From positions 3,440 through 67,439 of the forward strand of contig JBAYGI010000004.1 of NCBI GenBank assembly GCA_041666745.1: DNA of 64,000 nt. Reading direction: 5' to 3'. The notes below the pieces were generated by a model. The model saw only the letters and a list, made by a program, of their open reading frames with translations. It searched no databases and was not told the origin of the DNA. This DNA comes from Candidatus Magasanikiibacteriota bacterium. GTDB lineage: Bacteria; Patescibacteriota; Patescibacteriia; Magasanikbacterales; GWA2-37-8. The position numbers were made by a program, and so were the translations under genes. Below, piece by piece: positions 17,985-27,388 of the stretch (position 1 is the first letter of the stretch; each line of letters opens with the position of its first letter).

Positions 17985-18045
17985 CCCTCTGTCGGTTTTG
18001 CCGGCACTGATGAGTCCGACGACTGCTCAACCAAGGACGAAAGGG
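17985..18045 (+). ncRNA. Hammerhead ribozyme, type III
   Basis: CCC-U-C | stem I UGUCGG/CCGGCA | CUGAUGA | stem II GUCC/GGAC | GAAA-GGG; full catalytic core, predicted cleavage after C17989. Confidence 0.85.
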
Positions 18046-18153
18046 AAAACTGTGGATAACTATTGGTTAGTTTTTACAAAATAAGGCTCTTTTTACTTTA
18101 TATTAGCCAAAAACAGGCAAAAAACTTGACAATTTTATATAAACTAGCTTCAT

Positions 18154-18182
18154 TTGACAAAACTTCATTTTTGTATTATTAT
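18154..18182 (+). promoter_or_regulatory. rpoBC promoter candidate
   Basis: TTGACA-17-TATTAT; another TTGACA at 18126. Confidence 0.55.
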
Positions 18183-18430
18183 TTATCCGCTTTCGTGGAA
18201 AGACCACGTATTCAAAAAAAACGCTTAAGTAAGCAAAAAAGTGGCATTTACCGGTTTGGTAAAAAAGCTGCTTGCAAGGTAATTCAATAAAAAAACCTTC
18301 ATGTTAACCTTGCCGTTTTCCGCTAAAATATAACAAAAAGCCATAAAAGCCTATTTTTTTGGCACTTTTTTTGTTTAAAAATTTTCAACTCTCAATTTTT
18401 TATAAAAAATTTATTTTAAAACTTCACCTT

Positions 18431-21400
18431 ATGCCTGTATTCAAACGCCAAGCACTCAAGGAAAAAGATCGCAAGTTTTTTACGAAAGTAAAAAATACTA
18501 TTCCATTGCCAAACCTAATCGAATTGCAATTGGATTCATACAATTGGTTTGTAAAAAATGGTATTAAAGAATTATTCGAAGAAGTTTCTCCAATTACCGA
18601 TTTCTCCGGAAGAAATTTGGAGCTATATTTTGAAGACTATTATTTGGACGAGCCACGCTTTGATAGCGTGACCTGTAAAAAACGCAACGTTACTTTTGAA
18701 GCCCCTCTACGCATTACCGCTCGTTTGACCAACAAACTAACCGGTCAGAGCAAATCTCAAGAAATTTATTTGGGTGACGTGCCGATGATGACCGAGCGCG
18801 GTACTTTTATTATCAACGGTATTGAACGCGTGATTGTTTCTCAGCTGATCCGTAGTGCCGGTGCTTTTTTCACTGCTCAAAGTGAACGTGGACGTCGTTA
18901 TTATAGCGCCAAAGTTATTCCAAATCGTGGCGCTTGGTTGGAAATCGAAACAGATATCAACAATGCTATTTGGGTAAAGGTAGATCGCAAACGCAAGGTG
19001 GCGGTCACTTCATTATTGCGTGCTTTTGGTTTTGACAATGACGAAGAAATTATCAAACATTTTAAAGATGTAAACAATCATCCAACTATCGACTATATTG
19101 ATGCTACTTTGAAAAAAGATTTGGCAAAAAATATGGACGAAGGTTTGATTGAAGTTTACAAACGTATTCGTCCGGGTGATTTGGCGACTTCTGAAAATGC
19201 CAAAGGTTTGATCCATTCCATGTTCTTTAATTTTGAAAGATACGATTTGGGACGTGTGGGTGTTTATAAATTTAATACCAAATTTGATTTGGCTTCCAAG
19301 TCTGAAGATTATGACAACAAAGAAAATCGAGTATTGTCAGTAGAAAAATTGTTGGCGGTAATCAAAGAAGTAATTCGTTTGAATGTAACTCAAGAAGAAC
19401 CGGATGATGTGGATCACTTGGGCAATCGTCGTATTCGCGCGGTTGGTGAACTTGTACAAAATCGTTTTCGTGTTGGTTTGGCTCGTATGGAACGCATCGT
19501 CAAAGATCGCATGAGCACTTATGAGGTAGATCAATTGGTACCAAACAAAGTTATCAATGCTCGTCCGGTGATGAGTGCCATTCGTGAATTCTTTATGAGT
19601 TCACAGATGTCTCAATTCATGGATCAGCACAACCCACTTTCTGAACTCGAACACAAACGTCGTTTGTCCGCTTTGGGTCCTGGTGGTTTGTCTCGTGATC
19701 GCGCCAGTTTTGAAGTTCGCGATGTGCACACTACTCACTATGGTCGTATTTGTCCGATTGCCACTCCTGAAGGTCCGAATATTGGTTTGGTGAATCATCT
19801 TTCCAGTTATGCTCGTATCAATGAATTTGGTTTTATTGAAACCGCTTATCGCAAAGTATTGCGTGAAGTAAAAAATGACGCCACCTTGACTGAAGGAGAA
19901 ATTTTACGTGGTGATGTCGGTGGTACAAAAGATGGCACCAAAATTACCAAAGAAATCGCTGCCAAATTGGCCAAAGAAAAAATTGCGGTAATTCAAGTGA
20001 AACCACGCGTTACCAATGAAGTGGTATATTTGAGTGCGTTCAAAGAAGAAAAATACACTACTGCTTCTGCCAGAACAAAGTTGGATGAAGATGGTTATTT
20101 CCTAGAAGATTATGTGCCGGCTCGTGTAAATTCAAAACCGGGTGTGGCCAAAACTATTGATTTGGAATTTATTGATGTTTCTTCCGCTCAAATTGTGAGT
20201 GTGGCAACTTCTTGTATTCCATTTTTGGAACATGATGACGCTACTCGCGCGTTGATGGGTACAAACATGCAAAGACAGGCTGTGCCTTGTATTCGTCCTG
20301 AACCTCCATTGGTTGGAACTGGTGTTGAACATGAAGCCGCAGTATATTCCGGTCAGGTAGCTATTGCTGATGAAGATGGTGAAATTACCGAATGCGACGG
20401 ATCTCATGTGGTATTGCAAGGTAAAAAAGAAACTCATACTTATAGTTTAAATAAATTTATTCGCGCCAACGCGGCTACTTGTATCAATCAACATCCGACA
20501 GTAGTAGTTGGTCAAAAAGTAAAAAGAGGACAATTTTTGAGTAACGGTCCAAGTATCGCCGAGGATGAATTGGCACTTGGTCAAAATATGTTGGTTGCCT
20601 ATATGGCTTGGGATGGTTTCAATTATGAAGATGCGGTAATTTTATCTGAACGCGTTGTGCACAAAGACCGTTATACTTCTATTCATATTGAAGACTATAC
20701 TATCGATGTTCGTGAAACAAAGCTTGGACCGGAAGTTGTTACTTCAGATATTCCAAATGTTTCTGAAGAAAAATTAAAAAATTTAGATTCCGAAGGTATT
20801 GTGCGTATTGGAGCTGAAGTAAAATCCGGCGACATTTTGGTTGGTAAAATTACTCCAAAAGGTGAAACCGAATTAAGCGCTGAAGAAAGATTGTTGCGCG
20901 CCATCTTCGGTGAAAAAGCTCGCGACGTTCGTGACTCTTCCTTATATCTGGAACACGGTGAACACGGAAAAGTAATCGGTATTCAAGTATTTTCTGAAGA
21001 AGCCGGCGATAAATTGGAACCGGGTGTAATAAAACAAGTACAGATCACTGTAGCGGATATGCGCAAAATTCAAGTTGGTGATAAAATGGCCGGTCGTCAC
21101 GGAAACAAAGGTGTTATTTCCAAAGTGGTACCTTCTGAAGATATGCCTTTCTTGGAAGATGGCACACCAATCGATATTATTTTGTCTCCACTCGGTGTTA
21201 TTTCTCGTATGAACTTGGGTCAGCTTTTGGAAACTCATCTTGGTTTAGCCGCCAATGCTTTGGGTTACAAAGTAGCCACTCCGGTATTAAACGGTGTGAC
21301 TGAAGAACAAATTTATGGAGAATTGGAAAAAGCCGGTTTGCCACTTTCCGGTCAAGCTCAGCTTTATGATGGACGCACCGGTGAAGCTTTTGATCACAAG

Positions 21401-21874
21401 ACTACGATTGGTTACAACTACATGTTGAAACTAAACCACATGGTGGAAGATAAAATCCATCAACGTAGTATTGGTCCATATAGTTTGATTACTCAACAAC
21501 CACTTGGCGGTAAAGCGCAATTTGGTGGTCAGAGATTTGGTGAGATGGAAGTTTGGGCACTGGAAGCTTATGGTGCCGCCCATACTTTGCAAGAAATTTT
21601 GACTATCAAATCCGACGATGTTCCAGGTCGCTCCAAAGCTTATGAAGCGATAATAAAAGGTGAAGAAATTACTCGTGTAAATATTCCAGAGTCCTTCAAT
21701 GTATTGGTACGTGAAATCAAAGGTCTTGGTTTGGAAGTAGAATTATTAAAACGTTCTGAATCCGGAGAATTTACAACTGTAGAAGAAGTTGTCACTGATG
21801 AACAAAAACAAAATAAGAAAAGTGAAAATGCTCTTGATGATTTGAATAGTCACCAGGAAACTTCTAATAAATAA
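18431..21874 (+). CDS. rpoB: RNA polymerase beta subunit
   Basis: 'GDKMAGRHGNKG', 'GGQRFGEMEVWALEAYGA', 'TPEGPNIGL'; start MPVFKR at 18431. Confidence 0.99.
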   Translation: MPVFKRQALKEKDRKFFTKVKNTIPLPNLIELQLDSYNWFVKNGIKELFEEVSPITDFSGRNLELYFEDYYLDEPRFDSVTCKKRNVTFEAPLRITARLTNKLTGQSKSQEIYLGDVPMMTERGTFIINGIERVIVSQLIRSAGAFFTAQSERGRRYYSAKVIPNRGAWLEIETDINNAIWVKVDRKRKVAVTSLLRAFGFDNDEEIIKHFKDVNNHPTIDYIDATLKKDLAKNMDEGLIEVYKRIRPGDLATSENAKGLIHSMFFNFERYDLGRVGVYKFNTKFDLASKSEDYDNKENRVLSVEKLLAVIKEVIRLNVTQEEPDDVDHLGNRRIRAVGELVQNRFRVGLARMERIVKDRMSTYEVDQLVPNKVINARPVMSAIREFFMSSQMSQFMDQHNPLSELEHKRRLSALGPGGLSRDRASFEVRDVHTTHYGRICPIATPEGPNIGLVNHLSSYARINEFGFIETAYRKVLREVKNDATLTEGEILRGDVGGTKDGTKITKEIAAKLAKEKIAVIQVKPRVTNEVVYLSAFKEEKYTTASARTKLDEDGYFLEDYVPARVNSKPGVAKTIDLEFIDVSSAQIVSVATSCIPFLEHDDATRALMGTNMQRQAVPCIRPEPPLVGTGVEHEAAVYSGQVAIADEDGEITECDGSHVVLQGKKETHTYSLNKFIRANAATCINQHPTVVVGQKVKRGQFLSNGPSIAEDELALGQNMLVAYMAWDGFNYEDAVILSERVVHKDRYTSIHIEDYTIDVRETKLGPEVVTSDIPNVSEEKLKNLDSEGIVRIGAEVKSGDILVGKITPKGETELSAEERLLRAIFGEKARDVRDSSLYLEHGEHGKVIGIQVFSEEAGDKLEPGVIKQVQITVADMRKIQVGDKMAGRHGNKGVISKVVPSEDMPFLEDGTPIDIILSPLGVISRMNLGQLLETHLGLAANALGYKVATPVLNGVTEEQIYGELEKAGLPLSGQAQLYDGRTGEAFDHKTTIGYNYMLKLNHMVEDKIHQRSIGPYSLITQQPLGGKAQFGGQRFGEMEVWALEAYGAAHTLQEILTIKSDDVPGRSKAYEAIIKGEEITRVNIPESFNVLVREIKGLGLEVELLKRSESGEFTTVEEVVTDEQKQNKKSENALDDLNSHQETSNK

Positions 21875-21885
21875 TTTTTTCTTCT

Positions 21886-24800
21886 ATGAACCATGATTCA
21901 AATAAAAATACAAACTTTGACGCGATTCGTTTGCGTCTGGCCTCTCCTGAAATTATTCGCGGATGGTCGTTTGGTGAAGTAAACAAACCGGAGACGATCA
22001 ACTATCGTACTCAAAAACCGGAAAAGGGTGGTTTGTTCGCTGAAGAAATTTTTGGGCCGACCAAAGATTGGGAATGTTATTGTGGAAAGTATAAAAAAAT
22101 TCGTTACAAAGGAATTGTTTGTGACAAGTGTGGAGTAGAAGTTACTACCTCATTGGTTCGTCGTGAACGTATGGGTCATATCGAATTGGCCGCTCCGGTA
22201 GCTCACATTTGGTTCTTGCGATCCGTACCTTCCAAAGTCGGTTTGATTTTGGATGTACCGGTTCAAGCTTTGGAAAAGGTAATTTATTTTGCCGCATTTA
22301 TTATTTCTCATGTTGATGAAGAAGGTAAACGCAAAGCTAGTGATCAGATGCGTCAAGAATACAAAACCAAAAAGAAACAAATTGAACATGAATCTGAAAC
22401 AGAAATTAAAAAAGCCAATGATCAAAAATTGGGCGCTGAATTTTTGGAAAAGGTTCAACATGAAACTGATCGCAAGCAACAAGCTTTGGAACAAGATTTT
22501 GTGGCAGCCGATAAAGAATTAAAAGAATTACAAGTTTTGAAAATTTTGTCTGAAAATCGTTATCAAGAATTGTCTTTGCGTTTTGGACATTTGTTTGAAG
22601 CGGGCATAGGCGCTGAAGCGGTTTACAATTTGCTCGAAAGAATAAATATTCCAGATACTATCAAACAGATTGTCGATGAGCAAGTTACTTCCAAGGGCGC
22701 GAAATTGGAACGTTTGATTCGCCGTCATAAATTACTCAACAGTTTGATGGTGAACAAGATTCGTCCAGAGTGGACAATCATGAAATGTATCCCGGTTATT
22801 CCTCCGGATCTTCGCCCGATGGTGGCGCTTGATGGTGGTCGTTTTGCTACTTCCGATTTGAATGATTTGTATCGTCGCGTGATCAATCGCAACAATCGTT
22901 TACGTCGTTTGTTGGATCTGGATGCTCCGGAAGTTATTTGTCGCAATGAAAAACGCATGTTGCAAGAAGCAGTTGATGCTTTGATTGACAATAATGCTCG
23001 TCATGCCAAAACCGTCTTGGCCGCTACCGGTCAAAAACGTCAGTTGCGTTCCTTGGCTGATATTTTAAAAGGTAAACAAGGTCGTTTCCGTCAGAATTTG
23101 CTCGGTAAACGCGTGGACTACTCCGGTCGTTCCGTTATCGTCGTGGGTCCTCAACTCAATATCGATGAATGTGGTTTGCCAAAACGCATGGCACTTGAAC
23201 TTTTCAAACCGTTTATCATGGGTGAAATTATTAAACGTGAATTGGCTCACAATGTTCGTAGTGCCAGTAGATATATCGAAGCTGAACATGATGAAGTTTG
23301 GGATATTTTGGAAGAACTCACTCAAAATACTCGCGTGATGTTGAATCGCGCTCCTACTTTGCATCGTCTGGGTATTCAAGCTTTCCACCCGCGTTTGGTA
23401 GAAGGTAAAGCTATTCAATTGCACCCATTGTGTTGTACTGCTTTCAATGCGGACTTTGACGGCGATCAGATGGCCGTGCATCTACCTTTGACTGCGGAAG
23501 CTCGTTGGGAGGCGGAAAATTTGATGGCTTCAGAAAAGAACTTGCTCAAACCAGCTACCGGTCAACCGGTAATTACTCCTAAACAGGATATTGCTTTGGG
23601 TTGTTTTTATCTTACAAATTATCACAGTAGTGATACCGCTCCGGTAAAAAGATTTTTTTCTTCCATTAAAGATGCCAAATTGGCTTACAAATGTCGTGTA
23701 GTTACTTTGCACGAAAGAATCAAAGTGCGTTTTAGTGAAAGTGAATTAAATAAATTTCCGGAAGGAACCAATAAATTGATAGAAACCTCCTTGGGACGTA
23801 TTTTGTTCAACGAAATTGTGCCGGATAAAATCGCTTATTACAATGAAACTATTACGGTAAAAAAATTAGCCGAAATTATTCGTTTTTGTTTGGAATTTTA
23901 TGATCAAGAAGCGACTGCTCGCTTTTTGGATGAGTTGAAAAATTTGGGTTATCGTTATGTTACAAAATCCGGTTACTCTTTGGGCATTGCCGATTTTCCA
24001 AAGATTGAAGAAAAAACTTCTTTAACTTTGATTGCCGATAAACAAGTAGCTGAAGTGGAAGAACAATATCAGGAAGGTTTGTTGACTCAAGCTGAACGCC
24101 ACGCCAAGATTTTGGAAATTTGGACTTCTACCAAGGACAAAATCGTTGCCAACAATCAAAAGAACTTGGATAAAAATGGTCCAGTATACGCTATGATCGA
24201 ATCCGGTGCTCGCGGTACTTGGGGTCAGCTCGGTCAGGTTATCGGTATGAAAGGTTTGGTGGTATCTCCATCCGGTGATATTATCGAATTGCCGGTAAAA
24301 GGTAACTTCAAAGAAGGTTTTGATGTGCTCGAATACTTTATTTCTTCACACGGTACTCGTAAAGGTTTGTCTGATACCGCTTTGCGTACCGCCAATGCCG
24401 GTTATTTGACTCGTCGTTTGGTAGATGTGTCTCAAGATGTGGTAATTTTGGAAGAAGATTGTGGAGATACCACCGGTGAGGTGTTTACCGTGGCTCAATC
24501 CAAAGAAATGGGTGAGAAGTTGTCTGATCGTGTTTGGGGTCGCTATGTAATTTCTGAAGTTAAAGTTGGTGATAAAGTTTTTGTAAAAGCCGGTGAAGTT
24601 ATCGATGATAAAACCGCTCGTGCGATTGATGAGGCCGGAGTGAATGAAGTTCATGTACACAGTGTTTTGCAATGTAAATTACCAAAAGGTTTCTGTCGCA
24701 AATGTTATGGCTATGATTTGGCTCACAACAAACCGGTAGAATTTGGTACAGCTGTCGGTATTATCGCCGCTCAATCTTTGGGTGAGCCTGGTACTCAGCT

Positions 24801-25764
24801 CACGTTGCGTACTTTCCACGCCGGTGGTGTGGCTGGTGGCGATATCACTCAAGGTTTGCCTCGTGTAGAAGAATTGTTCGAATGTCGTCCTCCAAAACGT
24901 AAAGCAGTTTTGTCTGAAGTAGATGGTAAAGTGGAAATCGAAGATGCGGACGGCAAGATTGTAACTTCGCCAACCGGTAAAAAGATTTTTGAAGGCCGTC
25001 GTGGACAAAAAATCCTCAAAGTTCATTTTGAAGGCATGGAAGAAACCAAAATCAAATTTGATAGTGGCGATGAAGTGATGGTAAAAGACGGAGATGAGGT
25101 TGAGCCGGGTCAAACTATCTTGGTGCGCGGTGCTTCCGGTGAAGAAGTGGTTGCCAAATATCAAACCAAAGTTAAATTGGGTAAAAATAATTTGCTGTTA
25201 ACTTATGTTGGTCCAAAGGTACGTGAGTATATCATACCGCTTGGGTATAAGTTGTATGTAAAAGAGGGTGAACAAGTAGAAAAAGGACAACAAATGACTG
25301 ACGGTAGTATCAACTTGCAAGAATTGTTTGAGCTCAAAGGACGTCCGGCGGTTCAACGTTATATTTTGCAAGAAGTACAAAATATTTATTCTTCTCAAGG
25401 TCAGAAAGTAAACGACAAACACGTGGAATTGCTTATCTGCCAAATGTTTAGTCGTGTACAAATAGAAGAAGCCGGTGATACCGAATTGTTACCTGGTGAA
25501 GTGGTGGAAAAAGCACAATTTATGTATGCCAACCAGATGGCCAAAAAGAATGGTGGAAAATTGTCCACTTCCAAAGAATTATTGTTTGGTGTATCGCGCG
25601 TGGCACTATCCACTCAAAGTTTCTTATCGGCTGCTTCCTTCCAAGAAACCGCCAAAGTATTGATCAATACCGCATTAACCGGCAAGATTGACTATCTCGA
25701 AGGTTTGAAAGAAAATGTGATTATTGGGCGATTGATACCGGCTGGTACTGGGTTTAAACAGTAA
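21886..25764 (+). CDS. rpoC: RNA polymerase beta' subunit
   Basis: 'NADFDGD' catalytic motif, N-terminal Zn finger, 'GLKENVIIGRLIPAGTG'. Confidence 0.99.
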   Translation: MNHDSNKNTNFDAIRLRLASPEIIRGWSFGEVNKPETINYRTQKPEKGGLFAEEIFGPTKDWECYCGKYKKIRYKGIVCDKCGVEVTTSLVRRERMGHIELAAPVAHIWFLRSVPSKVGLILDVPVQALEKVIYFAAFIISHVDEEGKRKASDQMRQEYKTKKKQIEHESETEIKKANDQKLGAEFLEKVQHETDRKQQALEQDFVAADKELKELQVLKILSENRYQELSLRFGHLFEAGIGAEAVYNLLERINIPDTIKQIVDEQVTSKGAKLERLIRRHKLLNSLMVNKIRPEWTIMKCIPVIPPDLRPMVALDGGRFATSDLNDLYRRVINRNNRLRRLLDLDAPEVICRNEKRMLQEAVDALIDNNARHAKTVLAATGQKRQLRSLADILKGKQGRFRQNLLGKRVDYSGRSVIVVGPQLNIDECGLPKRMALELFKPFIMGEIIKRELAHNVRSASRYIEAEHDEVWDILEELTQNTRVMLNRAPTLHRLGIQAFHPRLVEGKAIQLHPLCCTAFNADFDGDQMAVHLPLTAEARWEAENLMASEKNLLKPATGQPVITPKQDIALGCFYLTNYHSSDTAPVKRFFSSIKDAKLAYKCRVVTLHERIKVRFSESELNKFPEGTNKLIETSLGRILFNEIVPDKIAYYNETITVKKLAEIIRFCLEFYDQEATARFLDELKNLGYRYVTKSGYSLGIADFPKIEEKTSLTLIADKQVAEVEEQYQEGLLTQAERHAKILEIWTSTKDKIVANNQKNLDKNGPVYAMIESGARGTWGQLGQVIGMKGLVVSPSGDIIELPVKGNFKEGFDVLEYFISSHGTRKGLSDTALRTANAGYLTRRLVDVSQDVVILEEDCGDTTGEVFTVAQSKEMGEKLSDRVWGRYVISEVKVGDKVFVKAGEVIDDKTARAIDEAGVNEVHVHSVLQCKLPKGFCRKCYGYDLAHNKPVEFGTAVGIIAAQSLGEPGTQLTLRTFHAGGVAGGDITQGLPRVEELFECRPPKRKAVLSEVDGKVEIEDADGKIVTSPTGKKIFEGRRGQKILKVHFEGMEETKIKFDSGDEVMVKDGDEVEPGQTILVRGASGEEVVAKYQTKVKLGKNNLLLTYVGPKVREYIIPLGYKLYVKEGEQVEKGQQMTDGSINLQELFELKGRPAVQRYILQEVQNIYSSQGQKVNDKHVELLICQMFSRVQIEEAGDTELLPGEVVEKAQFMYANQMAKKNGGKLSTSKELLFGVSRVALSTQSFLSAASFQETAKVLINTALTGKIDYLEGLKENVIIGRLIPAGTGFKQ

Positions 25765-25773
25765 AAAAGTTTA

Positions 25774-25804
25774 AAAAAAGAGTGTTTAACAGCACTCTTT
25801 TTTT
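25774..25804 (+). terminator. rpoC terminator
   Basis: AAAAGAGTGTT-TAAC-AGCACTCTTTT plus T-tract. Confidence 0.7.
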
Positions 25805-25866
25805 GTTGACTTTTTGTTTTGTTGTGCTATGATTTTGGTGGTTCGTTCTTTCGTTTAGGAGGGAAC

Positions 25867-26547
25867 ATGGGAAAGAGAAAAGGTTGGTCCTGGGGCAAGT
25901 TGTCACTAGGACGTGAAGTGGTTCGTGCTCTGTTTCACTGGCTCTGTGGTATGGCAATGTGGTTGATAATGCACCCATTGCCGATACCGGACGTAGCTGT
26001 CTGGATCTGCGGAGTCGTAATTTTCGCCACCTTCATGGTGTTTCGGCACGTGCGTGGTTCGCGCGCGGTTCGTTTCGCCAGTTTCAACCACGTCATCGAT
26101 CGATGGTTGGCGAGGGATGTCGAAAAAGGACAAATGACGGCTGCATGGCCAACGTACGTTGGTTGCCTATTCGCATGGGTAATCATCTGTGCGTGTAATA
26201 CCCGTTGGATCGGAGCGCTCACCGCCTTGCTGTTTGGCATGGTGGATCCGCTCGCTCGATTGGGTATGAAGTGGCCAATAACCAAGCGGTTCAAGAACGA
26301 GAAGTCGTGGGGTGGGCTCCTATTTGGCTTTCTGGGTGGTTTGCTGGCGGTCGGTCTGATCGCCATCGTTTGCCACTGCGGAGTGCCACTGGTCGCCGCA
26401 CCAAGGTTCGAAATCCTCGTTATCGTGTACGCAGTCGGAGTCGTGTCTGCGTCACTCTTTGAGCTTCGCGGAGGGAGATGGGACAATTTCATCATACCTG
26501 CCGGGACGACCGTCGCAATGACGGTTGCATACTATGCTCTCCTCTAA
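25867..26547 (+). CDS. Integral membrane CTP-dependent lipid kinase-like protein (phytol/dolichol/diacylglycerol kinase family); GC-richer cassette D
   Basis: 'RALFH', 'FGMVDPLA..G', 'KSWGG', 'WDNFIIP'; AGGAGG SD before ATG 25867; own promoter TTGACT-16-TATGAT at 25806-25833. Confidence 0.7.
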   Translation: MGKRKGWSWGKLSLGREVVRALFHWLCGMAMWLIMHPLPIPDVAVWICGVVIFATFMVFRHVRGSRAVRFASFNHVIDRWLARDVEKGQMTAAWPTYVGCLFAWVIICACNTRWIGALTALLFGMVDPLARLGMKWPITKRFKNEKSWGGLLFGFLGGLLAVGLIAIVCHCGVPLVAAPRFEILVIVYAVGVVSASLFELRGGRWDNFIIPAGTTVAMTVAYYALL

Positions 26548-26561
26548 TCCCAGGAAAATTC

Positions 26562-26594
26562 CGCCGACCCCCGAGGGTCGGCGTTGCGTTTTTT
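26562..26594 (+). terminator. 3' hairpin of cassette D
   Basis: CGCCGACCC-CCGA-GGGTCGGCG followed by TTGCGTTTTTT. Confidence 0.6.
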
Positions 26595-26647
26595 GGTTAA
26601 ATACGGTAGATTATAGGTAGTCAATTTCAATTTTTATAGAAAATTAT

Positions 26648-27373
26648 ATGTCTGGACATTCAAAATGGCACAACATCCAACAACGCAAAGGTAAACAGGA
26701 CGCCAAGCGTAGTAGTATGTTTTCCAAATACTCCAAAGCGGTTTCTATCGCGGCACAAAAAGGCGGAGGTGATCCGGAGACTAATTTTTCTTTGCGTTTG
26801 GCTATTGAAAAAGCAAAAAGTGTGGCCATGCCAAAAGATAATATTGATCGCGCGATAAAAAAAGGTACCGGTGAAGCCGGTGATGGTATGCAAATCGAGG
26901 AAGTTTTTTATGAGGCTTACGGTCCGGGTGGAGTGGCGATTATCATCAAATGTTTGACCGACAATCGCAATCGTACCAGTGCCGACATGAAACATTTGTT
27001 GTCAAAAAATAGTGGTACATTGGGAAGTAGTGGTAGTGTGATGTGGATGTTTGATTTGTTTGGTTTGATTCAATTTGAGAGTTCAAAATTACCGGCTGAT
27101 CGAGATTCTTTTGAAATGGATTTGATTGAAGCCGGCGCAGAAGATATTTCTGTTGAAGATAATCAGGTGGAAATAAAAACTAAGGTAGAAAATTTTTCCA
27201 AAGTTTTAAATAAATTAAAATCACTTGGAATTGAACCGGATGATTCCGGTTTGCAATACATTGCGAAAGACGAAGTAGCTATAAACGATGAAGTGAGCAA
27301 TCGACTATCAACCTTGTTTGAACTTTTTGAAGAAAACGATGATGTAGAAGATTATTACACCAACGCCGGATAG
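26648..27373 (+). CDS. yebC: YebC/PmpR family protein
   Basis: 'MSGHSKWHNIQ', 'YEAYGPGG', 'TDNRNRT', 'DDVEDYYTN'. Confidence 0.97.
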   Translation: MSGHSKWHNIQQRKGKQDAKRSSMFSKYSKAVSIAAQKGGGDPETNFSLRLAIEKAKSVAMPKDNIDRAIKKGTGEAGDGMQIEEVFYEAYGPGGVAIIIKCLTDNRNRTSADMKHLLSKNSGTLGSSGSVMWMFDLFGLIQFESSKLPADRDSFEMDLIEAGAEDISVEDNQVEIKTKVENFSKVLNKLKSLGIEPDDSGLQYIAKDEVAINDEVSNRLSTLFELFEENDDVEDYYTNAG

Positions 27374-27388
27374 AATAAAAAATAAAAT

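Noticed and set aside
778-18059. DnaA boxes as a replication origin
   Set aside because: Only isolated single boxes kilobases apart; no cluster and no dnaA or dnaN nearby
17862-18430. Short ORFs 17862-18059 and 18063-18290, and the TTG-start extension of rpoB
   Set aside because: Non-ATG starts overlapping the ribozyme, promoter and leader structures, with no protein motifs
10882-25663. Many antisense and alternate-frame ORFs inside nrdJ, rpoB and rpoC
   Set aside because: Shadow ORFs expected from the codon bias of long conserved genes; no independent signals
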